From Dehalococcoidia bacterium (GTDB lineage Bacteria; Chloroflexota; Dehalococcoidia; Lucifugimonadales; UBA3495), in NCBI GenBank assembly GCA_965220095.1, contig CBDCPD010000001.1, positions 20,700-84,699 on the forward strand: a DNA stretch of 64,000 bases, written 5' to 3'. Each line of letters opens with the position of its first letter. Positions within the stretch are counted from its first letter, which is position 1. Shown in pieces: positions 38,068 to 47,369 of the stretch. The position numbers and the translations under genes were made by a program. The notes under the pieces were generated by a model. It searched no databases. It had not been told where the DNA came from and saw only the letters and a program-made list of their open reading frames with translations.

Positions 38068-39447
38068 TCAAATAGCCAGCTGTAACTGGGTGTTGATAAC
38101 CACTTCCGATCGGCTGCCACCATAGGGGGCAGCCCCACCGTCTACCGCAGGCGATGCCGGCGTCGACAAGGCAGTTCTCCCTTCACCCGGGCCGGTTTCA
38201 CCGCTGGCATTACTGCCATTGGCCAGAGCCTTCCCGTCCAGGAACGTTACATTGGGCCCAACCGGCCCTAGCGCGAGTTTACCCAGCTCGCGAGCTGCGT
38301 TGATTGCCAGTGTTAGCAGATTGAGCGCGGCATTTTCGTTGCGATCGTGTCGCTGGCCGCACTGTGGGCAGGTCCAGTGCAGTTCCCGCCCCAAACTCGC
38401 ATTGTGAGCGCCGCAGTCGGAGCAGAGTTTGCTCGACGGATAGAACCGGTCCGCTTCCACGACGACGGTGCCGTACCAGTCTGCCTTGTAGCGGATCTTC
38501 TGCAGCAGGCCGCCGCTGGCCGCATCACGGATGGCCTTGGCCTGATGGGGCAGTTTGTCCATGCCCGCCACGTTCAGGCTCTCGATGGCCAGTACTACGT
38601 ATTTCCTGACCAGTTGGCGGCTGACCTGGTGGTGCGCGTTGTCCCGTAGCCCGTTGATGCGGCGGTGAATCTCATTGATGCGCCCTTGCGCTTCATGCCA
38701 GCCTCTGGAGCCCACGGTACGCCTAGCCAGGGTACGCTGCCAACGTTGGAGTTTAGCGAGCATCCGGTACAGTGCTTTGGGATTCTCATAATGGACGAGC
38801 TCGCTGTCCACGGCCAACGGCGTTATACCGACATCGACGGCACCGCAGAGGTGAGTTTTCTCCTCGGCGCCGACGGGCGGCTTCCAGTAATTGACGCTGG
38901 CATACCAGCGGCCGTTCTCCTGCTTGATCCGCACCTCGTATGGAATGCCCTCCGGCAGCTCGCGCTTGAGTTTCACCGAGCCCAGGTAGGGCAGCCTGAT
39001 ACGGCGGTGGTCGTCATACTTGACCCGGTCCACGCCGGAGGCGGCCAGGAAAGAGCCCGTGCCGATACGGTTCTTCTTCTTGAAGGTCGGCCTTTCAGCA
39101 TTTAGCGTCGGATTGCGCCAGTTCTCATAGGCCCGCCTGAAGTCACGGCAGGCTCCCTGCGCCACGAACTTGCTGACCTCGGTGGCATACTCCATCCCAA
39201 ACTCGGGCTCATGCTTCAGTTCGTTGAAGATCTTCTCCAGCTCCATGGGACTGGGCCAGAGCCCGTGGACCTGCGCACGGGCCGACCGGTGGGTGGCTAC
39301 CATCAGATTGAAAACGGAACGGGCAATGCCCACCGCACGGGCGGCGTACTGTCCCTGACGTACCGTCAGGTGGACCGGCAGCTTGATCCCATCCTTGCGC
39401 CAGCCCTCGGGGCAGCTGCTGCGTTGGCTGTTGCGCTTCCTGACCAT
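38068..39447 (-). CDS. tnpB: TnpB, canonical (RuvC + zinc ribbon)
   Basis: RuvC D in GAVDVGITPLAV and E in VLAIESLNVAGM. Zinc ribbon SSKLCSDCGAHN...WTCPQCGQRHDRNENAALNL. ATG 39447 (the ORF-track start 39531 is inside tnpA). Confidence 0.85.
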   Translation of the reverse strand: MVRKRNSQRSSCPEGWRKDGIKLPVHLTVRQGQYAARAVGIARSVFNLMVATHRSARAQVHGLWPSPMELEKIFNELKHEPEFGMEYATEVSKFVAQGACRDFRRAYENWRNPTLNAERPTFKKKNRIGTGSFLAASGVDRVKYDDHRRIRLPYLGSVKLKRELPEGIPYEVRIKQENGRWYASVNYWKPPVGAEEKTHLCGAVDVGITPLAVDSELVHYENPKALYRMLAKLQRWQRTLARRTVGSRGWHEAQGRINEIHRRINGLRDNAHHQVSRQLVRKYVVLAIESLNVAGMDKLPHQAKAIRDAASGGLLQKIRYKADWYGTVVVEADRFYPSSKLCSDCGAHNASLGRELHWTCPQCGQRHDRNENAALNLLTLAINAARELGKLALGPVGPNVTFLDGKALANGSNASGETGPGEGRTALSTPASPAVDGGAAPYGGSRSEVVINTQLQLAI

Positions 39448-39452
39448 GCCGT

Positions 39453-40049
39453 TTATTCCGTAGCGGAGCTGATCGCCTGTCGGGCACGATTGGCAGCACT
39501 GCGCCGACCATAGAGCCGGGCGCAGAAGCACGTCAGTATCTCGGTCATGTCCCGCACCAGGTCATCATCGACCTCGTTATAGACCTCGTTGTCTTCAATC
39601 ACCAGCAGACCTCCACTCCGTGCTTCCAGCATGGCTTGTACCATGCCCACACCGAACCTCGCCAGCCGGTCACGGTGCTCCACCAGGATGTAACCCACCT
39701 TGGGATCGGCCAGCAACCGACGCAACTTCGGTCGGCGATCATTGAGTCCACTGGCAACCTCGGATACCACTCGGTCCAACTTGATCCCATTCTGCCCGGC
39801 ATGGGCCCACAGCCGGTTAGCCTGCGGCTCCAGCTGAGGTTTCTGCTCGTGGCTGGACACCCGGGCGTAGCCGACCGTGAGCAGCGCCGGCGCTTCGTCA
39901 GGCAGTATCACATACCAAATGCGACCGATCCTCTCGACCTGCAGGTGTGCTGGAAGTCTGCCCTCGTTGAGCATCCGCCAGGTGGATTGCGGGTCCAGAC
40001 CATACTGGCGGCCCCAGTCGGTGAGTCTGATACGTTTGCCTATGACCAT
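39453..40049 (-). CDS. tnpA: IS607-family serine recombinase TnpA
   Basis: VGYARVSSHEQKPQLEPQ catalytic motif. Similar to 52665-53255. Confidence 0.85.
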   Translation of the reverse strand: MVIGKRIRLTDWGRQYGLDPQSTWRMLNEGRLPAHLQVERIGRIWYVILPDEAPALLTVGYARVSSHEQKPQLEPQANRLWAHAGQNGIKLDRVVSEVASGLNDRRPKLRRLLADPKVGYILVEHRDRLARFGVGMVQAMLEARSGGLLVIEDNEVYNEVDDDLVRDMTEILTCFCARLYGRRSAANRARQAISSATE

Positions 40050-40186
40050 AGGGAATAATATACGTATACTGCAACTGTTGCCAAGGCTCCCGCTGGCAGT
40101 CAGCTCTGTAATTCAAGGGTTGGAGGCCGGGAGGTGACTGGCCGGCATATCACCACCGTGCCAGCACTATTCAAGGTTGTCCTCCA

Positions 40187-40876
40187 TCAACCGCGCGTTG
40201 CAATCCAAACGACGTGATGTGCGCCTCCCTTGCGGTTGTTCCCACCACGCGCCCGCACCTTGACTTCATCCACCTGGAAACCGGCACGGCGCAACCGTCT
40301 GACGAATGCCGGTTGAGGACCGTCAGACCACATCGCCAATACACCGCCGCGCCGCAACGCCGCGTAGGTGGCGGTCAGCCCTGGCAGGCTGTAAAGCCAA
40401 TTGTTGCCTTTTCGGACCATCGCCTCGGCGCCATTGTCAACATCAAGCATGATGGCGTCGTAGTCACCTCCGGCGGCCTTTATCAACTGGACAACGTCAG
40501 TTCCATGGAGTTCAGCCCGGCCGTCGTCAAGAGGCCGGCCAGCCAGATCGGCAAGCACTCCCCGATTCCACTCAACCACGGCTGGCACCAGCTCTGCGAC
40601 CACCACCCGGGCATCGTGGCCGAGGATGTCCAGCGCCGTTCTCACCGAGTAGCCCATGCCCAGACCGCCAATCAGAACGCGGGCCCTCGGTTGTTGCACC
40701 AGGTTCTGACAGGCTAGTCTGGCCATCTCTTCTTCTGACCCGTAAACCCGGCTGTTCATGAGTTCCCGGTTATCCGCTTGGAGCGAGAACTCAGAGTCAC
40801 GTTGGTACAAAACGAGCTCCGCTCCTCCGCCGGGGGTTTGTGCCCGACCGAGCAACTTCCAAGGATTCATTGACAC
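40187..40876 (-). CDS. Spermidine-synthase-like SAM-dependent methyltransferase family protein
   Basis: RVLIGGLGMGYSVRTAL...VVVAELVPAVVEW...YDAIMLDVDNG...LRRGGVLAMW. Confidence 0.7.
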   Translation of the reverse strand: MSMNPWKLLGRAQTPGGGAELVLYQRDSEFSLQADNRELMNSRVYGSEEEMARLACQNLVQQPRARVLIGGLGMGYSVRTALDILGHDARVVVAELVPAVVEWNRGVLADLAGRPLDDGRAELHGTDVVQLIKAAGGDYDAIMLDVDNGAEAMVRKGNNWLYSLPGLTATYAALRRGGVLAMWSDGPQPAFVRRLRRAGFQVDEVKVRARGGNNRKGGAHHVVWIATRG

Positions 40877-41277
40877 CTCACGATCATGTCTGGAGCAGCC
40901 GGGGCAACATCCTCGGCGGGATCCGATTCCATAACCACTGGACCTCCGAGGTGATCCTCTTCAAGCGGTTCGGTCAACCAGCTCATGCAGCCGGCCATTC
41001 TCATGAGCCGTTGGACTATTCGATGGTTGGTCGGGTGATTGGGCCGGTCCATGGCCAGATATACTGTCGTCAGCAGGTTACGCCCCAGACTTGTTGTCGT
41101 AATCGGTGGATTCGGGCTAAAACTCACTAAATCGCGAACAGTTGCGAACCCCACCCCGCCCGTGGTATCCCGTTGAACAGAGATGCTCGGTACGCCGCTC
41201 CACCGATGGGACTGCAGCACAATGATGCGTCGGATGGCGATGGTGTCGTATTGTCGTGATGTGATTGGATGAGGCAA
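40867..41277 (-). CDS. Hypothetical protein
   Basis: Open frame overlapping the downstream gene by 10 nt. No family recognised. Confidence 0.3.
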   Translation of the reverse strand: MPHPITSRQYDTIAIRRIIVLQSHRWSGVPSISVQRDTTGGVGFATVRDLVSFSPNPPITTTSLGRNLLTTVYLAMDRPNHPTNHRIVQRLMRMAGCMSWLTEPLEEDHLGGPVVMESDPAEDVAPAAPDMIVRCQ

Positions 41278-41283
41278 TCCACC

Positions 41284-41682
41284 TCACCAACGCTGCGCTC
41301 GTGTCCGCGCGTTTATCTCAGACCCAATTCGGGTCAGGTTCCTGATATGAGACATCACCTGTTCCCGCTCCTCTCTACTCAGGTACCGCCGGTACCGACG
41401 AAAAGTGTGCCTGAACTGGCGTGTTCCATCTTGAAGCCGCTCCAAACGCTGGGTCTGGTTGTCGTTGGGTGTGGCCGGTCCCAGCATCAGCATGGGGAAT
41501 TCCTTCACACCCCCGCGTCGCACCGCGGCATCTCTTAGAATCCGGTAGATGGCTGCAACGTGCCGAGCGATCTCGGCTCGCTCTTCCGGTGTACCCTCTG
41601 GAACGCGATCAGCTGCCGTGGCCGCCGCCTTCGCTAGCTGTCGCCCTATCGTCAGAAATGTGTACGCCCGGGATATCATCAT
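41284..41682 (-). CDS. Hypothetical protein
   Basis: Open frame co-oriented with 40187-41277. No family recognised. Confidence 0.35.
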   Translation of the reverse strand: MMISRAYTFLTIGRQLAKAAATAADRVPEGTPEERAEIARHVAAIYRILRDAAVRRGGVKEFPMLMLGPATPNDNQTQRLERLQDGTRQFRHTFRRYRRYLSREEREQVMSHIRNLTRIGSEINARTRAQRW

Positions 41683-41776
41683 CTCCCATCACCAGAAGCG
41701 CCGTCGGGTACGATGTTACCACCTGGTAGAAAATACCTGAGCCTTCGGATCAAGCCCTCAGTCGGCAGGATAGGTC

Positions 41777-41944
41777 ATGGTGATAAACAGAACGATCGCT
41801 GTAATCTCCATCGCAATCTTGCTGCTCGCGTGTTCCTCCCAATTACCGCGTCAGGTCTCTCCGGCAGCCGAGCCTTCGGCGGCTGGCTCTGCGCTGGAGC
41901 CGACCGAAACGCCTCAGATTTCGCCGACCGCCACCCCAGGATAG
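41777..41944 (+). CDS. 55-aa lipoprotein stub (signal + lipobox + P/T linker only)
   Basis: MVINRTIAVISIAILLLACSSQLPRQVSPAAEPSAAGSALEPTETPQISPTATPG*. It has the same architecture as the N-termini of the 24838-30393 lipoproteins but stops before any globular domain. Confidence 0.4.
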   Translation: MVINRTIAVISIAILLLACSSQLPRQVSPAAEPSAAGSALEPTETPQISPTATPG

Positions 41945-41984
41945 ATACATGATTAGGAGGAAGGCTGGCGGCAACAACTGTGCA

Positions 41985-42180
41985 GGAGACCCCGACCTCT
42001 CGCGCGGCGTCACCATGCGGGCGGGTGCGGCTGGCGCTGGGCCATGCCCGCCGCTCGCTGTGGCCGCTGAAACTCTCTCAGCCGGGGGAGATCGGCAGCA
42101 CGGGCTGCGGCCTTCACCCGCCGGGGGATCTGCGCTTCCGACAGCCAGAACACATTCTCATCGTTGCCGGCGTCCACCGC
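41985..42180 (-). pseudogene. Decayed fragment of the integrase family seen at 53936-54901
   Basis: The reverse strand reads NVFWLSEAQIPRRVKAAARAADL... Compare KVFGLSESQIARRVKAIARAAGL in 53936-54901. Downstream frames are broken. Confidence 0.45.
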
Positions 42181-42554
42181 ACCGTCCTAATCATCATCGG
42201 GCCAGTCCGGCAGCGGGATGCGCGGCCATTCCATCCGTAGCGCCTCAGCGTTCGCCTCGCGGTAGACGGGATCGTGTAACAGGGCGAGGACCTGGACGAT
42301 GGGCGGTTGGGTAGTGGCTATGGACAGTCAGGAAGCCCATCCTCTGCTGCGCCAAGGCCCGGCTTACATCACGTAATGACCCTTGGGCGCACCAGATGGG
42401 GTATCAATAGAGTTCACCCTCACCGTGTATCTGCACAAGTGGTGTCCCGCGCAAGAGTTCGCCGGAGGCCTGGATGATTGCCCATCTCGACCGGCAAGAA
42501 TAGTCGTCGCTACCGGCGCATTGCCTCAATAGGACGCTACCGAAAGGAGCGCTT

Positions 42555-42758
42555 CACGTAATGATCTTTGAGCGAACCACAGCGGGTATCAATAAGACGG
42601 AGGCCGCTGGAGCGGGCACGTACAAATCAGATCCACCGATGCTTTGCGGCGGGTTTTGCTGACGAGGCTGACCAGCTATCTCGAATTTCGTGGCCGGATC
42701 TGCCAGGAGACCTTGTGCGACCGAAGTTCAGTAACATTTGATTTGAGGTAATGCGATC
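42555..42758 (+). repeat. Noncoding repeat family, copy A1 (candidate structured RNA or orphan IS end)
   Basis: CACGTAATGATCTTTGAGCGAACCACAGCGGGTATCAATAAG...CCGAAGTTCAGTAACATTTGATTTGAGGTAATGCGATC. The 5' ~40 nt are also present at 42369-42411. Confidence 0.55.
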
Positions 42759-42999
42759 AGGTGGAATCGTAGAGCAACCACACGGAAGGATATCAAACTC
42801 GGACCCGTCACAACTCAGCGCAGCGGTTCAGCTTACCCATTGGGTAAGCGACGCGTCCCTCTCGCCTACCTTGCACCGGCCCGGCTGCGGGGCCAACACA
42901 GCATACAATTGGCCACGCGTGAGCGGGTCAAAGCCTTGACGATATTTCTGTATTTGCGCTACGTTTGTTCAGATGGTCATCCTCATAGGACGTGGCAGC

Positions 43000-43287
43000 A
43001 TGGAAGCCAAGAAGAAGCGACTCACTCTGGATCTGGACCCAGCGCTGCAGCGGCGCTTGAAAGCGGTGGCTGCGCTCAAGGGCATCAGCATGCGTCAGTA
43101 TTGCCAGACCGCCATTGACAAGGAGTTGGTCAGAGACGAGGCCTCCGGCGTGCCGATCTTACCCTTTGGCCGTGAAGCGATCGACCGGTTCGTGGCACTG
43201 CAAGAGGAAACGTTCAACGGTCAGCTTCTGCCCGGGGACTCGGCTGAGTTTATCCGGGAAGCCCGGGAGTCCAGGGCAGCATCGTGA
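43000..43287 (+). CDS. vapB: Ribbon-helix-helix antitoxin VapB (paralog of 18987-19289)
   Basis: MEAKKKRLTLDLDPALQRRLKAVAALKGISMRQYCQTAIDKEL. ATG 43000. Confidence 0.8.
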   Translation: MEAKKKRLTLDLDPALQRRLKAVAALKGISMRQYCQTAIDKELVRDEASGVPILPFGREAIDRFVALQEETFNGQLLPGDSAEFIREARESRAAS

Positions 43288-43727
43288 ACGGTCCGGTCGT
43301 GGTTGACGCGAGCCTGGCGGTCAAATGGTTGGTCAAAGAGGAGTACTCGGATCAGGCAATCGACCTCGCCCGATTCTGGGAAAGCGAGGGAACAAAACCA
43401 GCAGTGCCCTACCTGATGCCAGTGGAGGTAGCTAATGCCCTGCACCGCCGGGTGGTGCGGAGCGAACTGACCGTGGCGGCGGCGACGCGCCTGCTGGAAT
43501 ACCTGGCAGCCTCGGGGATTGAGTTGCAGGAAGCGCCCCACCTTCACGGCAGAGCGATGGAACTGGCATCCCAACTGCGCCAGGGAGCGGTGTATGACTC
43601 CCACTATCTGGCACTGGCAGAGACCCTCGGCTGCGAACTGTGGACCGCTGACGAGAGGTTCTACCGGGCGGTGAACCCCGTTGCGCCAAACGTGCGCTGG
43701 GTGGGCGAGTTCGGGGCGTCAGGATAA
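43284..43727 (+). CDS. vapC: PIN-domain toxin VapC (paralog of 18547-18996)
   Basis: GTG 43284 overlaps the vapB stop (GTGA). VVVDASLAVKWL...VYDSHYLALAE...LWTADERF. Confidence 0.85.
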   Translation: MNGPVVVDASLAVKWLVKEEYSDQAIDLARFWESEGTKPAVPYLMPVEVANALHRRVVRSELTVAAATRLLEYLAASGIELQEAPHLHGRAMELASQLRQGAVYDSHYLALAETLGCELWTADERFYRAVNPVAPNVRWVGEFGASG

Positions 43728-43744
43728 CGAGTCACGACTACTGT

Positions 43745-43929
43745 GCGAATCACAGGGGGTATCAATAAGTCGGAGGACGCCGGAAGGATGGATACCCAAA
43801 CCGGATTCGCCGGTGCATCGCAGCGAGTCTTCCCGACGACGGTGGCCAGTTATCTCCAATTTCGTGGCTGGATCTACCGGAAGACCTTCTGTAACCGAAG
43901 TTCAGTAACATGTGATTTGAGGCAATGCG
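43745..43929 (+). repeat. Noncoding repeat family, copy A2
   Basis: Same length (185 nt) as 42572-42756. The first ~35 nt and last ~85 nt are conserved and the central ~65 nt are diverged. Ends in GATTTGAGGCAATGCG. Confidence 0.55.
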
Positions 43930-44196
43930 CAGGCAAGAATAATTGACGCGGGACACTTTTGACGAAGTCGTAGGAATCGCCAAACTGCTGCGGATCCATG
44001 ACTCGCTCCTTTGGCCGTGTTAACGCTCTGCCGACCGGCGTACATACCGAAGATCGGAGCTGGCCGAGGCGTTATTACGCTCCCTGCCAACTGCTCCGCC
44101 GTTGATCGCAGGGGGCGTTCACCTGCGATGATAGCGCAGCCAGGGGTGGAGCCCTGGCGACTTCAGCAACAACCTACGGGGGTAGGTCGAAGCTGC

Positions 44197-44574
44197 ATGA
44201 AGCAGTATAACGCTGCGCGCACGTACCAGTTTCGCGTCCAGCTCACCTGCGACGACCACCGCCGGCTTGCAGATCATTGCCGGCTTTACAACGGCGCCGT
44301 CCAGGAACGGCGCGACGCATGGCGCATGGCGCGACGGTCGATCACCTTCCCCAGCCAGTGCCGTGAGCTCACGCTGGTGCGCCAGGACGATCCGGTATGG
44401 GCTGGCGAACACCGCAGTCTGGCCTTGGCCACCCTCAAGGGTGTGGAGCTGGCTTTGCAAGCGTTCTTCCGCCGCGTGAAGGCCGGTGTAAACGGCGGCG
44501 GTAAAGTGGGCCACGTGGGCGGCTCGATCGTAGACAGCCCCAGCCCCAGTGGTACGTTTTGCCGACGCCCTTGA
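44197..44574 (+). pseudogene. tnpB: N-terminal fragment of a TnpB gene
   Basis: MKQYNAARTYQFRVQLTCDDHRRLADHCRLYNGAVQERRDAWRM...LQAFFRRVKAG. After this point the similarity to TnpB is lost, and no RuvC part is present. Confidence 0.6.
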
Positions 44575-44910
44575 CAGTCTCACATGCCCAGTTGTCCTAT
44601 CTTTGGACAATCGTTCACGCATCAGTAAATGAAAAACAACACATGGACTTCCTGCACGAAGCGGGCACCATCCGCACACCGGCTGCCATGTTCGAAGCGC
44701 GACTCGTCTGAGCTGCCGAGTGTCGGGAGGCCGGCTCAGCGCTCCCATGCCACGCTGTCGCCATCTCTGTAGGAAGCGTACCGTGCGGCCTGCAGATGCT
44801 ATCCTGATGTATGGCGTTCCCAGCAACGCGAGTTGTCGGGCACGTCAATATCATGAGTGGTGCCAGAATCGTAGTAACAGTAACAGTAGCATCATCAAGG
44901 AGGTTTCCCA

Positions 44911-45621
44911 ATGGCCATAGATCGCCTGCCTTCGGGCTTGGTTCTGAGCGGCGGGTCGCTCTTCTTCACCGAGGAAACGATGCCGGATTCCCTCCGGCGG
45001 GAGCACGCGCTCCCTGCCCAGCATTGGGCCGTACTGCACGCCTTCGAGGGGAGCGTCACCTTCGTGGATCTGCAGGCGGATGCTGATCGGATCATCCCGG
45101 CGCCGGACCACATAATCATCCATCCGGAAGTCCCCCATCTGCTAACAGGAGAAGGTTCTTTCCGTTGTCGGATGGACTTTTTCAGGGAACCGGACCCCAA
45201 CCTCCACATGAGAACACCCGGAGCTTATGCGGACGAGGCCGTGCACGACAGCCTGGAGCGCTGCGAGGCAAACGGTAGCTTTGCGGAGGTCTTCTACAAC
45301 ACCTTCCTGAAGGCCTCTTCGGAGATCGCGCCGTACTTTGCCTCGACCGACTTCGAAAGGCAGAGGACGTTGCTGCGGGACTCGGTGTACACGATGGTGT
45401 CTCACCATGTCACGGAGCCGGAGATGCGGGGGTTGCTGGAGAGGTTGGGGGAGGCGCACAACCGGAACAACCGGAATGTGCTGCCAATCCTCTATGAGCT
45501 GTGGCTGGACAGCATTTGTGAAACCGCCAAGGCGCTGGACCCTGAATGGAGCGACGATCTCGACCGGCACTGGCGGGCCCGTCTGAGGCCCGGGATGCAG
45601 ATCATAATGGCAGCCTACTAG
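44911..45621 (+). CDS. Fusion of a DUF1971 (YeaR/TehB-N-like cupin) domain and a globin domain
   Basis: AAGGAGG at 44897 precedes ATG 44911. LPSGL...FTEETMPDSLRREHALPAQHWAVLHAFEGSVTFVD...IIIHPEVPHLL...FRCRMDFFRE (DUF1971 pattern). Then FYNTFLKASSEIAPYFASTDFERQRTLLRDSV...LGEAHNRN...LYELWLDSI (globin pattern with a proximal His candidate). Confidence 0.75.
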   Translation: MAIDRLPSGLVLSGGSLFFTEETMPDSLRREHALPAQHWAVLHAFEGSVTFVDLQADADRIIPAPDHIIIHPEVPHLLTGEGSFRCRMDFFREPDPNLHMRTPGAYADEAVHDSLERCEANGSFAEVFYNTFLKASSEIAPYFASTDFERQRTLLRDSVYTMVSHHVTEPEMRGLLERLGEAHNRNNRNVLPILYELWLDSICETAKALDPEWSDDLDRHWRARLRPGMQIIMAAY

Positions 45622-45768
45622 CTCGGCAAGTTGTCCAATCCGCAGTGCAAAGACAACCGGCGGCAGGGATGAACCGGTGGAGAATATCGGCGTCTGGCTG
45701 AGCAATGCTCACCTCTCCCTACCCTCCGGTCCCGGTCACACGGCTGGACAGATCAATGGGGATTGCCG

Positions 45769-46062
45769 TCAGTTCCCCTTCATGCAGAAGGTGCAGGGGA
45801 TGGGACAGGGTCTGGACCATCTGTCGGGTGTGTGGATCTCGATTCCTTCGAGCCTGATGATGGTCACTCCGACGTCCACGGGGACCATGTGGCCGGCGGC
45901 GGTTTCTGACGGGAGCAACCTTTGGATGGGGACTCTCAGGCGGTCAAGCATTGCCCTGGGCACGACGGTGTAGGTGGAGCGGGTGCCGGCTATGACGTCC
46001 AGTTCCTCGAACCGTCGCCCCTGTGGGTCGCCGATTTCTATGGTGATTCTGGTCGTGGCCAT
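45769..46062 (-). CDS. Small retropepsin-like-fold protein, catalytic Asp motif not present (tentative)
   Basis: ITIEIGDPQGRRFEELDVIAGTRSTYTVVPRAMLDRLRV...VGVTIIRLEG resembles clan-AA bacterial/archaeal aspartyl protease family proteins, but DTGA is replaced by IAGT. Confidence 0.35.
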   Translation of the reverse strand: MATTRITIEIGDPQGRRFEELDVIAGTRSTYTVVPRAMLDRLRVPIQRLLPSETAAGHMVPVDVGVTIIRLEGIEIHTPDRWSRPCPIPCTFCMKGN

Positions 46063-46766
46063 GGTGTTGCCGTTTCGTCGCCGGTCTGGTCCTGGCGGAG
46101 CATGGGAGGCAACAATACCTTGACGTCCATGGCGTCGGCCTGGTGTCGCTGTGGCGGCTGGATGACCTCGCCGACCACGGCGGCGATGGCGGGTTCACCG
46201 GTCGCGGCTGCGACCGTGGTGGCCCGGTCGTGGGCTCTGGTGATGTCGTCCTGCCTGATGGTGCGCGAGACCTCGAACACGACGTGGACGTAACGTCTGT
46301 CGTCGGCGCGGCGGGCGCGGATGATGATGTCCGCAACCAGGACGTGGTCGGTCTGGTGTTCCGTGATGAGGCTGTCTTCCTCTGCAGCGTTGATGGTGGC
46401 CAGGAACCCGGGTTCGGTGTCGCGGCCAGTGGCGAGCAGGATGCGTCCTCTCGTGAGCCCGAGCTCGTTCATGGCGATGTTCAGGATGTTCAGCCGGGCG
46501 CGGTTTTCGAGGTCGCTGCCGTTCAGGGACGCCACGTTCGTCTGGAGGGACGCCACGTTGGCTTCAAGGGACGTGAGACGGCGGTCGGTGGTTTCGGCAA
46601 AAGCCTGGAAGCTGGCGCTGAGTTCCGTCACGAGGCCCACCAGTTGGGCGAATTGCTCCGGTAGGGCGATGAGGTCGGGCGTCAGCAGCCGGGTCCGCAT
46701 GTCTTGCAGGTACTCTGGGTTGCTGTCCAGGAAGTCCAGTATGTGCTGATATTCGGGCGGGTACAT
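46038..46766 (-). CDS. Coiled-coil + PD-(D/E)xK-like domain protein (DUF3782-like, tentative)
   Basis: LTSLEANVASLQTNVASL heptad-like segment. C-terminal HVLVADIIIRARRADDRRYVHVVFEVSRTIRQDDITRA resembles a restriction-endonuclease-like core. ATG 46766 (alternative 46808). Confidence 0.5.
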   Translation of the reverse strand: MYPPEYQHILDFLDSNPEYLQDMRTRLLTPDLIALPEQFAQLVGLVTELSASFQAFAETTDRRLTSLEANVASLQTNVASLNGSDLENRARLNILNIAMNELGLTRGRILLATGRDTEPGFLATINAAEEDSLITEHQTDHVLVADIIIRARRADDRRYVHVVFEVSRTIRQDDITRAHDRATTVAAATGEPAIAAVVGEVIQPPQRHQADAMDVKVLLPPMLRQDQTGDETATPWPRPESP

Positions 46767-46815
46767 GGGGTGTTGTCCTCTCAACGCTACGTTGTGATTA
46801 TAGAGCATCGATCCC

Positions 46816-47141
46816 TAGGGGGTGTCGTCAAAAGAGTTTGCTCCAGATCATCACTGCCCGGAGCTGGCAGATGGCCAAATACGACGCCGTTCTCTTGGCA
46901 TAGCGGGTCGCCACCCCGCGCCACTGCTTGAATTCCAGGAATCCGTTCTCCACTAGGTGCCGCAGCTTGTACAGCGCCCGGTCATAGTCCCGCTTTTCTC
47001 TCCGGTTGCTTTTGGGCGGTATCACCGGGTCCATTCCCAATTCCCGGACGGTGGCTATGATTTCATTGCTGTCATAGGCTTTGTCAGCCAGCAGGCACTC
47101 CGCTGCTATGCCCTCAATCAGAGGCAAAGCCTGGGAGCAGT
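46816..47141 (-). mobile_element. Truncated second copy of the IS5/IS427-like element (right ~326 bp only)
   Basis: Starts with the same IR TAGGGGGTGTCGTCAAAA (46816-) and is collinear with 33231-33556. Similarity stops at 47141/47142. Confidence 0.85.
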
Positions 47142-47142
47142 T

Positions 47143-47299
47143 GGAAGAGTCGCCATTGGGTGCCGTAGACACGGCGAGTGTTGTCGGAGAGGACCGACTC
47201 CAGGGGGATGAGGCCACCCCCTTGATCGGCGGCTCGCAGCGCCGGGATGGATGGCGCCTGGTGGGGAACGAGCTCTTGGGCAGCGGCGATGGTGGTCAT
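47143..47299 (-). pseudogene. N-terminal ~52 codons of a tyrosine integrase (paralog of 53936-54901), truncated at the IS junction
   Basis: MTTIAAAQELVPHQAPSIPALRAADQGGGLIPLESVLSDNTRRVYGTQWR. Compare MTTTVGQELVPHQPPSIPALRAADQGVASSLESVLSDNTRRVYGTQWR. Confidence 0.75.
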
Positions 47300-47369
47300 G
47301 GCTTTCTCCGGAGGCAATCTCAGGGCGTGAAAGCGGACACGGTGTACCCGAGTGTGGTCGGCTCGCTGA

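Larger units (their letters stand above)
37930..40060 (-). mobile_element. IS607-family element, apparently intact (tnpA + tnpB); boundaries approximate
   Basis: tnpA stop 39453 and tnpB ATG 39447. AT-rich left end upstream of 40049. The proposed right end is the motif ATTTGAGGCAATGCGATC (minus strand, 37947-37930), shared with the repeat family at 42555 and 43745. Confidence 0.7.

Noticed and set aside
40867-41277. NHPTNHRIVQRLMRMAG resembling the NHKRV.RLMRE.GL segment of IS3-family OrfB
   Set aside because: This is a single short similarity without the rest of an integrase core, so the gene is kept as hypothetical.
42185-42320. The reverse strand reads VLALLHDPVYREANAEALRMEWPRIPLP, reminiscent of the C-terminal region of type ISP/Eco57I-like restriction-modification enzymes
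   Set aside because: It is only ~45 codons, ends in stop codons and has no adjoining methylase or helicase sequence. That is too short to annotate beyond possible debris.
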